From: Deinococcota bacterium
GTDB lineage: Bacteria > Deinococcota > Deinococci > Deinococcales > Thermaceae
NCBI GenBank assembly: GCA_041695225.1
Contig: JBGFRI010000042.1
Span: forward strand, 1 to 17,667
Direction: 5' to 3'
Length of the DNA stretch: 17,667 nucleotides
Shown: positions 1-8,140 of the stretch, piece by piece
Layout of the letters: the number at the start of each line of letters is the position of its first letter
Position numbering within the stretch: the stretch's first letter is position 1
Program-made: the position numbers and the translations under genes
The notes under the pieces: generated by a model
Told to the model about the DNA's origin: nothing
Database searches by the model: none
The model's input: only the letters and a program-made list of their open reading frames with translations

Positions 1-121
1 GGTCGGCGGCCGCGGCCACATAGGTAATGGCTGCGGTCAGGGTGGTCTTGCCGTGGTCTACGTGTCCGATGGTGCCTACGTTGACGTGGGGTTTGGTGCG
101 TTCGAATACGCCTTTGGCCAT
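1..121 (-). CDS. tuf: Elongation factor Tu, N-terminal fragment running off the window edge; tRNA-linked (tufB-type) copy
   Basis: Minus strand reads [40 protein letters not shown], the EF-Tu N-terminus with P-loop [16 protein letters not shown] at 131-136 (-). Not in the ORF track. Confidence 0.98.
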   Translation of the reverse strand, partial: MAKGVFERTKPHVNVGTIGHVDHGKTTLTAAITYVAAAAD

Positions 122-201
122 GTTGTTTCGCCTCCTCTGGCTACCGCTATGTTGCTTCCCAGGAACACACCGCCCGCAGCGGTGGACGGGCGGCGCGGGT
201 T

Positions 202-277
202 TGGAGCTCGGGATCGGGCTTGAACCGACGACCTCACCCTTACCAAGGGTGTGCTCTACCAGCTGAGCTACCCGAGC
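202..277 (-). tRNA. tRNA-Thr(GGT)
   Basis: GCTCGGGTAGCTCAGCTGGTAGAGC...CACCC-TTGGTAA-GGGTG...GGTTCAAGCCC...GAGCTCCA; 76 nt, CCA encoded. Confidence 0.97.
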
Positions 278-307
278 ACCTGAGGTATTCGCGCACTGGG
301 GCGCTAG

Positions 308-383
308 TGGAGCGGGAAACGAGATTCGAACTCGCGACCCTCTGCTTGGGAAGCAGATGCTCTACCGACTGAGCTATTCCCGC
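308..383 (-). tRNA. tRNA-Gly(CCC)
   Basis: GCGGGAATAGCTCAG...TCTGC-TTCCCAA-GCAGA...GTTCGAATC...CCCGCTCCA; 76 nt. Confidence 0.97.
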
Positions 384-400
384 GTCTGGCGCTTCGCGCC

Positions 401-442
401 GCTAATAGCTGATAGCCTATAGCTTTTGGCTATCTGCTATCG
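401..442. repeat. Degenerate heptamer array forming a hairpin in the Tyr-Gly tRNA spacer
   Basis: GCTAATA GCTGATA GCCTATA GCTTTTG GCTATCT GCTATCG; the halves are complementary (GATAGCC/GGCTATC). Confidence 0.8.
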
Positions 443-459
443 GCGCACCGAAAGGTGCT

Positions 460-545
<86 letters not shown>

Positions 546-548
546 GTA

Positions 549-624
<76 letters not shown>

Positions 625-687
625 CCGGCTTGCTGACCTTCCGATGGCACGCTTTGGACAGAGGGCTTGAACCTCGTCCAAGTCGTA

Positions 688-716
688 AGGTTACACCACG
701 CGCAAGGGGCTGTCAA
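688..716 (-). promoter_or_regulatory. SigA promoter of the tRNA-tuf operon
   Basis: TTGACA (716-711) - 17 bp - TAACCT (693-688). Confidence 0.85.
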
Positions 717-785
717 GACGAATAAAGGCGGTAAGGAAGGCAAAAGCATAGTTCTACATGTGTAGCCAGCTGGTTTCACTGGGTC

Positions 786-794
786 TGGTACAGT
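786..794 (+). promoter_or_regulatory. Extended -10 for a leaderless beta-CASP RNase mRNA
   Basis: TG-G-TACAGT ends 6 nt before ATG 801; no SD. Confidence 0.7.
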
Positions 795-800
795 ACCCCC

Positions 801-2144
801 ATGCGAATAACTCCATTTGGGGCGGCGCAGACTGTGACCGGTAGCTGTCACCTGGTCGAGTACAGGGAGTTCAAATTGTTATTGGACTGTGGGGCCTACC
901 AGGGCGCGGACGAAGAACGCAATGAGGAACCTTTTGGCTTTGAGCCCCGAGACCTGGATGCCGTGCTGATTTCCCATGCCCACCACGACCATATTGGGCG
1001 ACTGCCCAGGCTGGTGCGGCAAGGTTACCCGGGCCGGGTGTATGCGACCGAGCCCACCCGGCTCATTCTGCCAGTTATTCTGCAAGACTCCCTCAAGCTG
1101 ATGCAGGAAGAGCGTCAGCGCCTGGTGCGAAAGGGGCGCGTCGCCCCGCCTTTGCCCTGGGACGAGGGCGACCTGGCCGAGCTGTATGGGCGTATGGAGG
1201 ATATGGGGTATTACCAGACCAAGAGCCTGGGGCCGTTTAGCTTTCGGCTGCGGAATGCCGGCCACCTGCCGGGAAGCGCCTTTGTACAGCTTGAGACCGA
1301 GTACAAGTCGCTAATTTTTAGCGGCGACCTGGGGCACCGCCGCAAGGATGTGCTGCCCGACCCCGACTACCCGACCAGGGTAGATCTGGTAGTTGCCGAG
1401 GGAACCTACGGTGACCGTTCGCACCGGCCTTTTGCGGCTACCCTCGAGGAGTTTGCTGCGATTCTGGGTCAGGTGCTGGGTCAGGAGGGAAAGGTGTTTA
1501 TACCCTCGTTTGCCCTCGAGCGCACCCAGGAGATTCTTTTTTACCTGCGGGAGCTCGAGCAGCGCGAGGCCATTCCCAGCGTTCCGGTATTTGTGGACTC
1601 GCCCATGGCCTCTAAAATTAGCGAGATCTACCCCAGGGTGCGCGACTTTTTTAGCCCCGAGGTGCAGCAGATCTATACCCAGGGCCAGGACCCTTTTGGG
1701 CCCCACCGCCTGGAGTACACCCTGAGCGTGGAGGAGTCCAAAGCACTCAACCTGATGAAGGGGCCGCTAATTATCATTGCGGGCAACGGGATGCTTTCTG
1801 GTGGGCGTATTCTGCACCACCTGCGCCTGGGTTTGCCAGAGAGCAGGAATGCCGTGATCATCCTGAGCTACCAGCCCAGGGGCGGCCTGGGTGAGCTGCT
1901 GATACATAAGGCCCAGCGGGTGCGGATGTTTGGCGAGACCGTGCAGGTGCGGGCCTCAATTCACACCCTGGGCGGGTTTTCCGGCCATGCGGGGCGCGAC
2001 GAACTGCTGGACTGGCTGGACGGCCAGCAGCGGGTGGCCCTGGTACATGGGGAGGCCGACAAGCTCCATAGCCTGGGCCAGGCTTTAGAGCATCGGGGTC
2101 AGGCGGCGTTTATGGCTGAGTGGGGCAAGGCTATCGAGGTCTGA
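801..2144 (+). CDS. Metallo-beta-lactamase beta-CASP ribonuclease (Thermus TTHA0252/YSH1-like)
   Basis: GAAQTVTGS start, LLDCG, HAHHDH, AGHLPGS, FSGDLG, EGTYG; beta-CASP motifs GFSGHA and VHGE. Confidence 0.92.
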   Translation: MRITPFGAAQTVTGSCHLVEYREFKLLLDCGAYQGADEERNEEPFGFEPRDLDAVLISHAHHDHIGRLPRLVRQGYPGRVYATEPTRLILPVILQDSLKLMQEERQRLVRKGRVAPPLPWDEGDLAELYGRMEDMGYYQTKSLGPFSFRLRNAGHLPGSAFVQLETEYKSLIFSGDLGHRRKDVLPDPDYPTRVDLVVAEGTYGDRSHRPFAATLEEFAAILGQVLGQEGKVFIPSFALERTQEILFYLRELEQREAIPSVPVFVDSPMASKISEIYPRVRDFFSPEVQQIYTQGQDPFGPHRLEYTLSVEESKALNLMKGPLIIIAGNGMLSGGRILHHLRLGLPESRNAVIILSYQPRGGLGELLIHKAQRVRMFGETVQVRASIHTLGGFSGHAGRDELLDWLDGQQRVALVHGEADKLHSLGQALEHRGQAAFMAEWGKAIEV

Positions 2145-2216
2145 GTTCGGTCATGCAATGCGTTGTAGGAGGGGTACGGTTAGGTGCGTGAATCCTGGAA
2201 GCAGTCAATGTACAGC

Positions 2217-3806
2217 TTAAAGCGGCAGCTCGGCACGCACTGTGGTGCCCTTGTCCTCTACCGATTCAACCACAAAGCGCCCGCCCCGGGTCTCTACTCG
2301 CTCGCGCATCTGGGTGAGGCCAAACCCACCCATACTGCCCGCCGAGACCTCACTGCGAAAGCCCCTGCCGTTGTCGCTAATTTCCAGCACCCCACCCCGC
2401 TCGCCCAGCGCAGTGAGTTTGATCTGCACCAGCCCTGGCCGGCCATGCTTGGCGGCATTGGTCAGTGCTTCCTGCAGAACCCGGAAAAAAATTAACTCGG
2501 AAGCCTGGGAGAGCTCGAGCTTTTCTGGCAGACTAAGGCGCACCCGGAAGCCGGCCTGCTCCGCAAAGGCAAAGGCATAGCGCCGCACCGACTCGAGAAA
2601 ACCGTAGCGCTCGAGGTCAATGGGCCGCAAGGCGAAAATGCTGCGTCTTACCTCTCGAATCTGGCCTCGCAAAGCCTCCTTGACCTGCTGCAGTTCTTCC
2701 ATGGCCCGCTTTGGGTCGGTCTGCAACAGGCGCTCGGAGAGGTCGAGCTTGAGGGCCATAAAGGCCAGGGCCTGGGCGATGCCATCGTGAATTTCACGGG
2801 CGATGCGGTTGCGTTCTTCGATCAGAGCAAGCTCTTCGGCCCGAAGATAGGCCTGGGCGTTGCGTATTGCCAGGGTTATTTGTGACGCTAGAAAGCGCAG
2901 AAATGGCAGCCGCTGGCGGAGGTTCTCGGCCTCTCCCTGAATTAGCAAAAGGCCAATAGTGGCCTGTTCGCGCAGCGGCACGGCTAGCAGGTTGTCCTGT
3001 ACGAAAACCGACGACTGCAGGGCATCCTTCCACTGGTCTTCGGGCACAAAGGCGTGCGGGGGCAGGTCGAGGCCACGAAGCACCTGAGGCTGGAGAAAGT
3101 TTTCCTCGTCCAGCAGCAGCACACCCCCTCCGCTAGCCCCGGCCCACTTTATGATCCGGTCCATCAGACGCTCGAGCAGCCGGCCCAGGTTGGCCTCGGC
3201 CCGCAGGGCCTGGTCTACTTCGTAGAGGGTGAGCAGGTCGCGGCTACGGGCACGGACCGAGTCGAGCGACCCGGCTACCTCGGCTACCAGAAGCTCTAAA
3301 AAACCCTTCTCTTCATCACTGAGAGGACGCGGTAACACGACCTCGAGCCTCCCCTCCATTCCTGGCAGCGACAGGGCATAGAGCTGTTGGGCGTCTGCGT
3401 GAAAGCCAGGGGAGGTGGCTCGTACGCCCTCGAGGGTGAGCGAGGCCTCCATCCCCAGGGCTTGGGCCACTTCCTGCACTACCGAGGCCAGGGCCTGCTC
3501 CAGATTGTCGGCTACCGAGGCCCGCTTGAGGATATTTCCAATGGCTTCCAGCCGCCGGTTAGATGCCTCCAGGGCTTGCTGGGCCCGCTCGCGGTCCTGG
3601 ACTTGCTGGGCAATCCACTCCAGGGTCATCCAGGTGACCAGCGGCCCCACCAGGGCATAAAAACCCAAATTTAGCCAGAAAGCCACCGGCTGCCCCAGGA
3701 AGGGCCACAGAGAAATCTCAAACAGTATCACTACCAGTGCAATTAGCAGCGGCAGGATTAGCCGGTACAGCTTGATTAGCCGATACAGGCTCGGCGCAGG
3801 CTTCAT
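2217..3806 (-). CDS. Membrane sensor histidine kinase, HisKA_3 (NarX/DesK/UhpB class), with GAF-like domain(s)
   Basis: Two N-terminal TM helices; H-box EERNRIAREIHDGIAQ; N-box QEALTNAAKH; G1 DNGRGF; G2 GFGL. Confidence 0.92.
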   Translation of the reverse strand: MKPAPSLYRLIKLYRLILPLLIALVVILFEISLWPFLGQPVAFWLNLGFYALVGPLVTWMTLEWIAQQVQDRERAQQALEASNRRLEAIGNILKRASVADNLEQALASVVQEVAQALGMEASLTLEGVRATSPGFHADAQQLYALSLPGMEGRLEVVLPRPLSDEEKGFLELLVAEVAGSLDSVRARSRDLLTLYEVDQALRAEANLGRLLERLMDRIIKWAGASGGGVLLLDEENFLQPQVLRGLDLPPHAFVPEDQWKDALQSSVFVQDNLLAVPLREQATIGLLLIQGEAENLRQRLPFLRFLASQITLAIRNAQAYLRAEELALIEERNRIAREIHDGIAQALAFMALKLDLSERLLQTDPKRAMEELQQVKEALRGQIREVRRSIFALRPIDLERYGFLESVRRYAFAFAEQAGFRVRLSLPEKLELSQASELIFFRVLQEALTNAAKHGRPGLVQIKLTALGERGGVLEISDNGRGFRSEVSAGSMGGFGLTQMRERVETRGGRFVVESVEDKGTTVRAELPL

Positions 3807-3812
3807 GGGTAA

Positions 3813-3821
3813 AAGATAGCA
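3813..3821 (-). promoter_or_regulatory. Extended -10 for a leaderless kinase mRNA
   Basis: TG-C-TATCTT ends 6 nt before ATG 3806. Confidence 0.65.
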
Positions 3822-3843
3822 AAGGGTATGGTCAGGGAACAGG

Positions 3844-4015
3844 GGCAGATAGCCTTTGGCAGATAGCCTTTGGTTGAGTGTCTCAGGTCGCAGGTCTCAG
3901 GTCGAAGGTCGGATAAAGGCCGAAGGCTGAAGGCTCAAGGCCTATGGCTTTTAGCTTTCGGCTTTAGCCTATCGGCTATCAGCTATGGGCTATTGGCTAT
4001 CGGCTATATAGAATG
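3844..4015 (+). repeat. Composite heptamer tandem-repeat element, copy 1
   Basis: GGCAGATAGCCTTT x2; GAGTGTCTCAGG; GGTCnnA units; junction GGTCGGATAAAGGCC; AGGCnnA, GCTTTnn and GCTATnn units; ends GAATG. Confidence 0.85.
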
Positions 4016-4170
4016 TTGCGCGTAACTCCTCCCCCCTTGTGGGGGAGGGAAGGGTGGGGGGTCAAGGCCACAGCCTGGTGCATTCGCGCTCTTATGGACA
4101 CTTCTGTCCTTCGGCTCGCAATCCCTGGATGGATTAATCACCCCCACCCTCGGCCACTTGATCAGCCAGT
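4016..4170 (+). repeat. REP/MITE-like palindromic element, copy A
   Basis: Hairpin CCTCCCCC/GGGGGAGG (4028-4048); inverted repeat AGGGTGGGGG (4051-4060)/CCCCCACCCT (4141-4150); homologous to 14768-14940 on the opposite strand. Confidence 0.85.
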
Positions 4171-4480
4171 ACATGGCTTCTAGGTAAAGTGAGTGTGTGA
4201 TGAGCTACTTGCAGCGATGGCGACGAAACGGAAGGGAGTTTCCTGGTAGGGGCTGCTCTGTAATGCTTCTGGTGTAAGGCGCCGCCTGGCACCCAGCGGC
4301 TCTGCTACATAGCTGGCCCGTCCCAACATCGGCTGTGGAAGGCGCAGATCGCTAACCAAACTTAGCCCCCTCCCGCAATCTGGTCCGTAGAGCCAGGCGC
4401 CCGGCCGATGGACTATCCTGTTCCTAGACGGATGCCGCGGCTTTGGGCGGCGGGATTTCTGTTGCCAACCGAACTGGGGG

Positions 4481-4486
4481 TAGAAT
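4481..4486 (+). promoter_or_regulatory. -10 element for leaderless polA
   Basis: TAGAAT ends 6 nt before ATG 4493; no SD. Confidence 0.75.
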
Positions 4487-4492
4487 GTTCCG

Positions 4493-7024
4493 ATGGAGCA
4501 ACCCAACTTATTCGCCAGTGAAACTCAGCCCGAAGAGCTACCCAGGCCAGACCGTATCTGGCTGGTGGACGGGCATCATCTGGCCTATCGTAGCTATTTT
4601 GCCTTTGAAAAACTCAGCACCTCGAGGGGAGAGTCAACCCAGGCGGTGTTTGGATTTCTGCGCACCTTAATCAAGCTACTCAAGGAGAATGGGGACTGTG
4701 TAATTGTAGTCTTTGACCCGCCCACCAAGACCTTTCGCCACGATGCCTACGAGGAATACAAGGCCGGCCGGGCGCCAACCCCCGACGACTTTTTCCCTCA
4801 ACTGGACAAAATAAAGCAACTGGTAGATTTGATGGGCCTGAGACGGCTGGAGCTGCCCGGGTACGAGGCCGATGATGTGATTGGCACCCTGGCCAAGAAG
4901 GCCGAGCGAGAGAGCTATCCCGTGCGTATTCTGACCGGTGATCGCGACAGCTTTCAACTGGTCTCGGAGGCTGTACAGGTGATGCTGCCCGACGGGCGGC
5001 TGGTGAACCCTCGCGTGGTACAGGAAAAGCATGGGGTCTCGGCCCAGCAATGGGTGGACTTTCGCTCGCTGGTAGGCGATTCTTCCGACAACCTGCCGGG
5101 GGCCCGGGGCATCGGGGAGAAGACCGCGGCCCGACTTTTGCAGGAGTGGGGGTCGCTGGAAGGGCTTTATGCGCATCTCGAGACCCTCACCCCCAAAATT
5201 CGGGTTAGTCTCGAGGCCAGCCGCGATAACGTCAGGCTCTCCCAGGTCATGTCGCAGATCCGTACCGATCTCCCCATCGAGCTTGATTTCCGCGACTGCC
5301 ACCGCCGCGAGCCCGACCGGGTGGCCCTGCGCGAAGCGCTGGAAAAGCTCGAGTTTGGATCGATTCTGCGCGAGATGAACCTGCTGGCAGCCCCTGCGCC
5401 CAGCCAGGAGGCCGCCTGGCCGCCACCTGCGGAGGCCTTTCTGGGCTATACCCTCGACCGGGCCCAGCCCATGTGGGCTAGCTGGGTGGGTTTCGCCGCC
5501 TATACCTCTGGAAGGGTATACCGGGGCCAGCCCAGCCTGCAGGAACTCAAAAAGTTCCCCGAGATTCGCAGCATCGTGGCCAAGGACCTCTCGGTTCTGG
5601 CGCTCAAGGAAGGGGTCTGGGTACCTCCGGGCGACGACCCCATCTTGCTGGCGTACCTTTATGACTCTTCCAACACCGACCCAGCTAGCACGGTGCGGCG
5701 CTACGGAGCGGGCGATTGGACCCACGACCCGGTCGAACGTGCCCAGGCAGCCCATGCGCTGTGGGAGACCCTCCAGGGACGTATTGCCGAAAACCCGCGC
5801 ATAGAGTGGCTCTACCGCGAGATCGAAAAGCCGCTTTCGGCTGTGCTGGCAAGGGTTGAGGCCAGGGGCATCTCGCTCGATACTGAGTATCTGCGGCAGC
5901 TTTCCGACGAGCTGGGAAAAGAAATTTCTTACCTCGAGGCTGCGATTCACCGCCTGGCGGGGCAGTCGTTCAATGTGAACTCGAGGGATCAGCTCGAGGT
6001 CGTCCTCTACGACCAGCTCAAGCTGGCCGCCTCGGGCAAGAAAACCCAGAAAGGCAAGCGCTCCACTGCCGCCAGCGCCCTGGAAGAACTCCAGGGCCAG
6101 CACGAGATTATTGACCGCATCCTGGCTTACCGCGAGCTGACCAAGCTCAAGAGCACCTATCTGGACCCGCTGCCCAGGCTGATCCACCCCAAGACGGGCC
6201 GCCTGCACACCCGCTTCAACCAGACCGGCACCGCCACCGGGCGGCTTTCCTCGGTAGATCCCAACCTGCAAAACATTCCCATTCGCACCGAGATTGGCCG
6301 CCGCATCCGCAAGGCTTTCAGGGCCGCGCCGGGTATGAAGCTGATCGCTGCCGACTACTCGCAGATCGAGCTGCGGATACTGGCCCATCTGTCGGGCGAC
6401 GAAAATCTGATCAGAGTCTTCCGCGAAAACAAAGATATCCACAGCCAGACCGCAGCCTGGATGTTTGGCTTGGACCTGAGTGCAGTAGGCGCAGAGCAGC
6501 GCCGGGCAGCTAAAACCATAAACTTTGGCGTGCTCTATGGAATGTCGGCCCACCGCCTGTCAAATGAGCTTTCTATCCCCTACGCCGAGGCTGAAAACTT
6601 CATCGAGCGCTATTTTGCCTCCTACCCCCGGGTGCGGGCCTGGATTGACCAGGTGCTGGCCGATGCGCGGAAGCATGGTTTCGTGGAAACTATGTTTGGC
6701 CGCCGCCGCTTTGTGGCCGATCTGGACTCGCCCAGCCGCAGTGTGCGCGAAGCCGCCGAACGCATGGCCTTCAACATGCCCATACAGGGAACCGCTACCG
6801 GCGACCTGATGAAGCTGGCCATGGTCAAGCTGCAGCCCGAGCTAGACCAGCTGGGTGCTCATCTGGTGCTGCAGGTGCATGATGAGTTGCTGGTGGAAGC
6901 CGCCGACGAAAAAGTGCAGGAAGTAGCGCAGGTAATGCGAGAGGTAATGCAAAACGCCTGGAGGTTCGAGGTTCCCCTCGAGGTCGGCATCGGCATAGGG
7001 GAAAACTGGCTCGAGGCCAAATAA
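4493..7024 (+). CDS. polA: DNA polymerase I, Taq-like (5'-3' nuclease, vestigial 3'-5' exo region, polymerase)
   Basis: LVDGHHLAYR, YEADDVIGTL, GDSSDNLPG; motif A DYSQIELR; motif B RRAAKTINFGVLYG; motif C VHDE. Confidence 0.98.
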   Translation: MEQPNLFASETQPEELPRPDRIWLVDGHHLAYRSYFAFEKLSTSRGESTQAVFGFLRTLIKLLKENGDCVIVVFDPPTKTFRHDAYEEYKAGRAPTPDDFFPQLDKIKQLVDLMGLRRLELPGYEADDVIGTLAKKAERESYPVRILTGDRDSFQLVSEAVQVMLPDGRLVNPRVVQEKHGVSAQQWVDFRSLVGDSSDNLPGARGIGEKTAARLLQEWGSLEGLYAHLETLTPKIRVSLEASRDNVRLSQVMSQIRTDLPIELDFRDCHRREPDRVALREALEKLEFGSILREMNLLAAPAPSQEAAWPPPAEAFLGYTLDRAQPMWASWVGFAAYTSGRVYRGQPSLQELKKFPEIRSIVAKDLSVLALKEGVWVPPGDDPILLAYLYDSSNTDPASTVRRYGAGDWTHDPVERAQAAHALWETLQGRIAENPRIEWLYREIEKPLSAVLARVEARGISLDTEYLRQLSDELGKEISYLEAAIHRLAGQSFNVNSRDQLEVVLYDQLKLAASGKKTQKGKRSTAASALEELQGQHEIIDRILAYRELTKLKSTYLDPLPRLIHPKTGRLHTRFNQTGTATGRLSSVDPNLQNIPIRTEIGRRIRKAFRAAPGMKLIAADYSQIELRILAHLSGDENLIRVFRENKDIHSQTAAWMFGLDLSAVGAEQRRAAKTINFGVLYGMSAHRLSNELSIPYAEAENFIERYFASYPRVRAWIDQVLADARKHGFVETMFGRRRFVADLDSPSRSVREAAERMAFNMPIQGTATGDLMKLAMVKLQPELDQLGAHLVLQVHDELLVEAADEKVQEVAQVMREVMQNAWRFEVPLEVGIGIGENWLEAK

Positions 7025-7082
7025 AGCACTACCGGGAACGGTCTTGGGCCAGAAGCAAGTAAGGCCCCCAACCCCCGGCTTC

Positions 7083-7091
7083 TGTTATGCT
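7083..7091 (+). promoter_or_regulatory. Possible extended -10 for the enoyl-CoA hydratase gene
   Basis: TG-T-TATGCT about 60 nt upstream of GTG 7150; SD AGGAGG at 7138-7143. Confidence 0.45.
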
Positions 7092-7149
7092 TTGCCCATG
7101 CCGATGAGCTGGCGGTTGCCAGCCCAGAACGCCCAACAGGAGGTTTGTC

Positions 7150-7953
7150 GTGGCAGAAACGTTTGAACTCGATGCGCCGGAATTTGAGTATTTGACCTAC
7201 CAGGTCGAAGAAAACCTGGGTATCGTCACCATCAACCGGCCCCAGGCCCTCAACGCTCTCAATCAGGATTTGCTAATTGAGCTGTCTCTTGTAACCGACC
7301 TCATCACCCAGGACTCCGAGTCCAAGGCGGTGATCTTTACCGGCGAAGGTAAGGCCTTTGTGGCCGGGGCCGATATCAGCCAGATTGTCGAGCTTCAGGA
7401 TGTGTTTGCTGCACGGGAGTTCGCCATATTAGGCCAGGCGGTTTTCAACGATATTGCGGCCCTGCCGGTTCCCACCATTGCCGCCGTCAACGGCTTTGCC
7501 CTGGGAGGGGGCCTCGAGCTGGCTCTGGCCTGTGACCTGCGCGTGGCCAGCCACAAAGCCCGACTGGGGCTCCCCGAGGTGAGCCTGGGCATTATTCCCG
7601 GTTTTGGCGGAACCCAGCGCCTGCCCCGTCTGATTGGCCGGGGAAGGGCTTTTGACCTCATTTTTACCGGGCGGCATGTCCCTGCCGATGAAGCCTTAAG
7701 TCTGGGTCTGGTCAACCGGGTGGGCGAGGATGCCCTGCAAACCGCCAAAGAGTTGGCTGCTACCATCCTAAAGAATGGGCCGATTGCTCTGGCGCTGGCC
7801 AAAGAAGCAGTTGGTAGGGGTGAAAACCTGGACCTGCAGGAGGCCTTGGAGGTCGAAGCCGACCTGTTTGGCCTGGCCTGCTCTACCAGAGATATGCGCG
7901 AAGGCACCAAGGCCTTCCTGGAAAAGCGACCCGCTAAGTTTAAGGGTGAGTGA
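7150..7953 (+). CDS. Enoyl-CoA hydratase/crotonase family protein
   Basis: INRPQALNAL, AFVAGADI, GGGLELALACD, PEVSLGIIPGFGGTQRL (both catalytic Glu present); GTG start with SD. Confidence 0.95.
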   Translation: MAETFELDAPEFEYLTYQVEENLGIVTINRPQALNALNQDLLIELSLVTDLITQDSESKAVIFTGEGKAFVAGADISQIVELQDVFAAREFAILGQAVFNDIAALPVPTIAAVNGFALGGGLELALACDLRVASHKARLGLPEVSLGIIPGFGGTQRLPRLIGRGRAFDLIFTGRHVPADEALSLGLVNRVGEDALQTAKELAATILKNGPIALALAKEAVGRGENLDLQEALEVEADLFGLACSTRDMREGTKAFLEKRPAKFKGE

Positions 7954-7999
7954 TGCCAGAAGCCACAGCCGGTATTGGATCACCCCTTGGCCCTCCCTA

Positions 8000-8086
8000 G
8001 ACCTTTGACCATAGACCCTCGACCATTTTTGCCCTCGACCCTTGACTGGTGACCCTAGACAATCTTTCCCTCGACCCTCGACCATT
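8000..8086. repeat. GACCnnn heptamer array
   Basis: GACCTTT GACCATA GACCCTC GACCATT...GACCCTT GACTGGT GACCCTA...GACCCTC GACCATT. Confidence 0.8.
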
Positions 8087-8140
8087 GCCGATGTGTTACT
8101 AATCACGCAGCCATAACCCCCTTAGCCCTACCATCAGGGT

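Noticed and set aside
170..193. CCGCCC/GGGCGG stem between tRNA-Thr and tuf as a terminator
   Set aside because: No U-tract follows on the transcribed strand; more likely a simple leader hairpin.
27..266. 79-aa plus-strand ORF
   Set aside because: Antisense to tuf and tRNA-Thr; a shadow ORF.
3844..4015. Repeat arrays as a possible CRISPR
   Set aside because: Period is 7 bp with no 25-45 bp repeats, no unique spacers and no cas genes.
4180..4506. 108-aa minus-strand ORF
   Set aside because: Overlaps the polA start and promoter; no SD, no motif, atypical composition.
4676..6553. 625-aa ORF antisense to polA
   Set aside because: Fully overlaps polA on the opposite strand, has no recognisable motifs, and long antisense frames are common in GC-rich genes.
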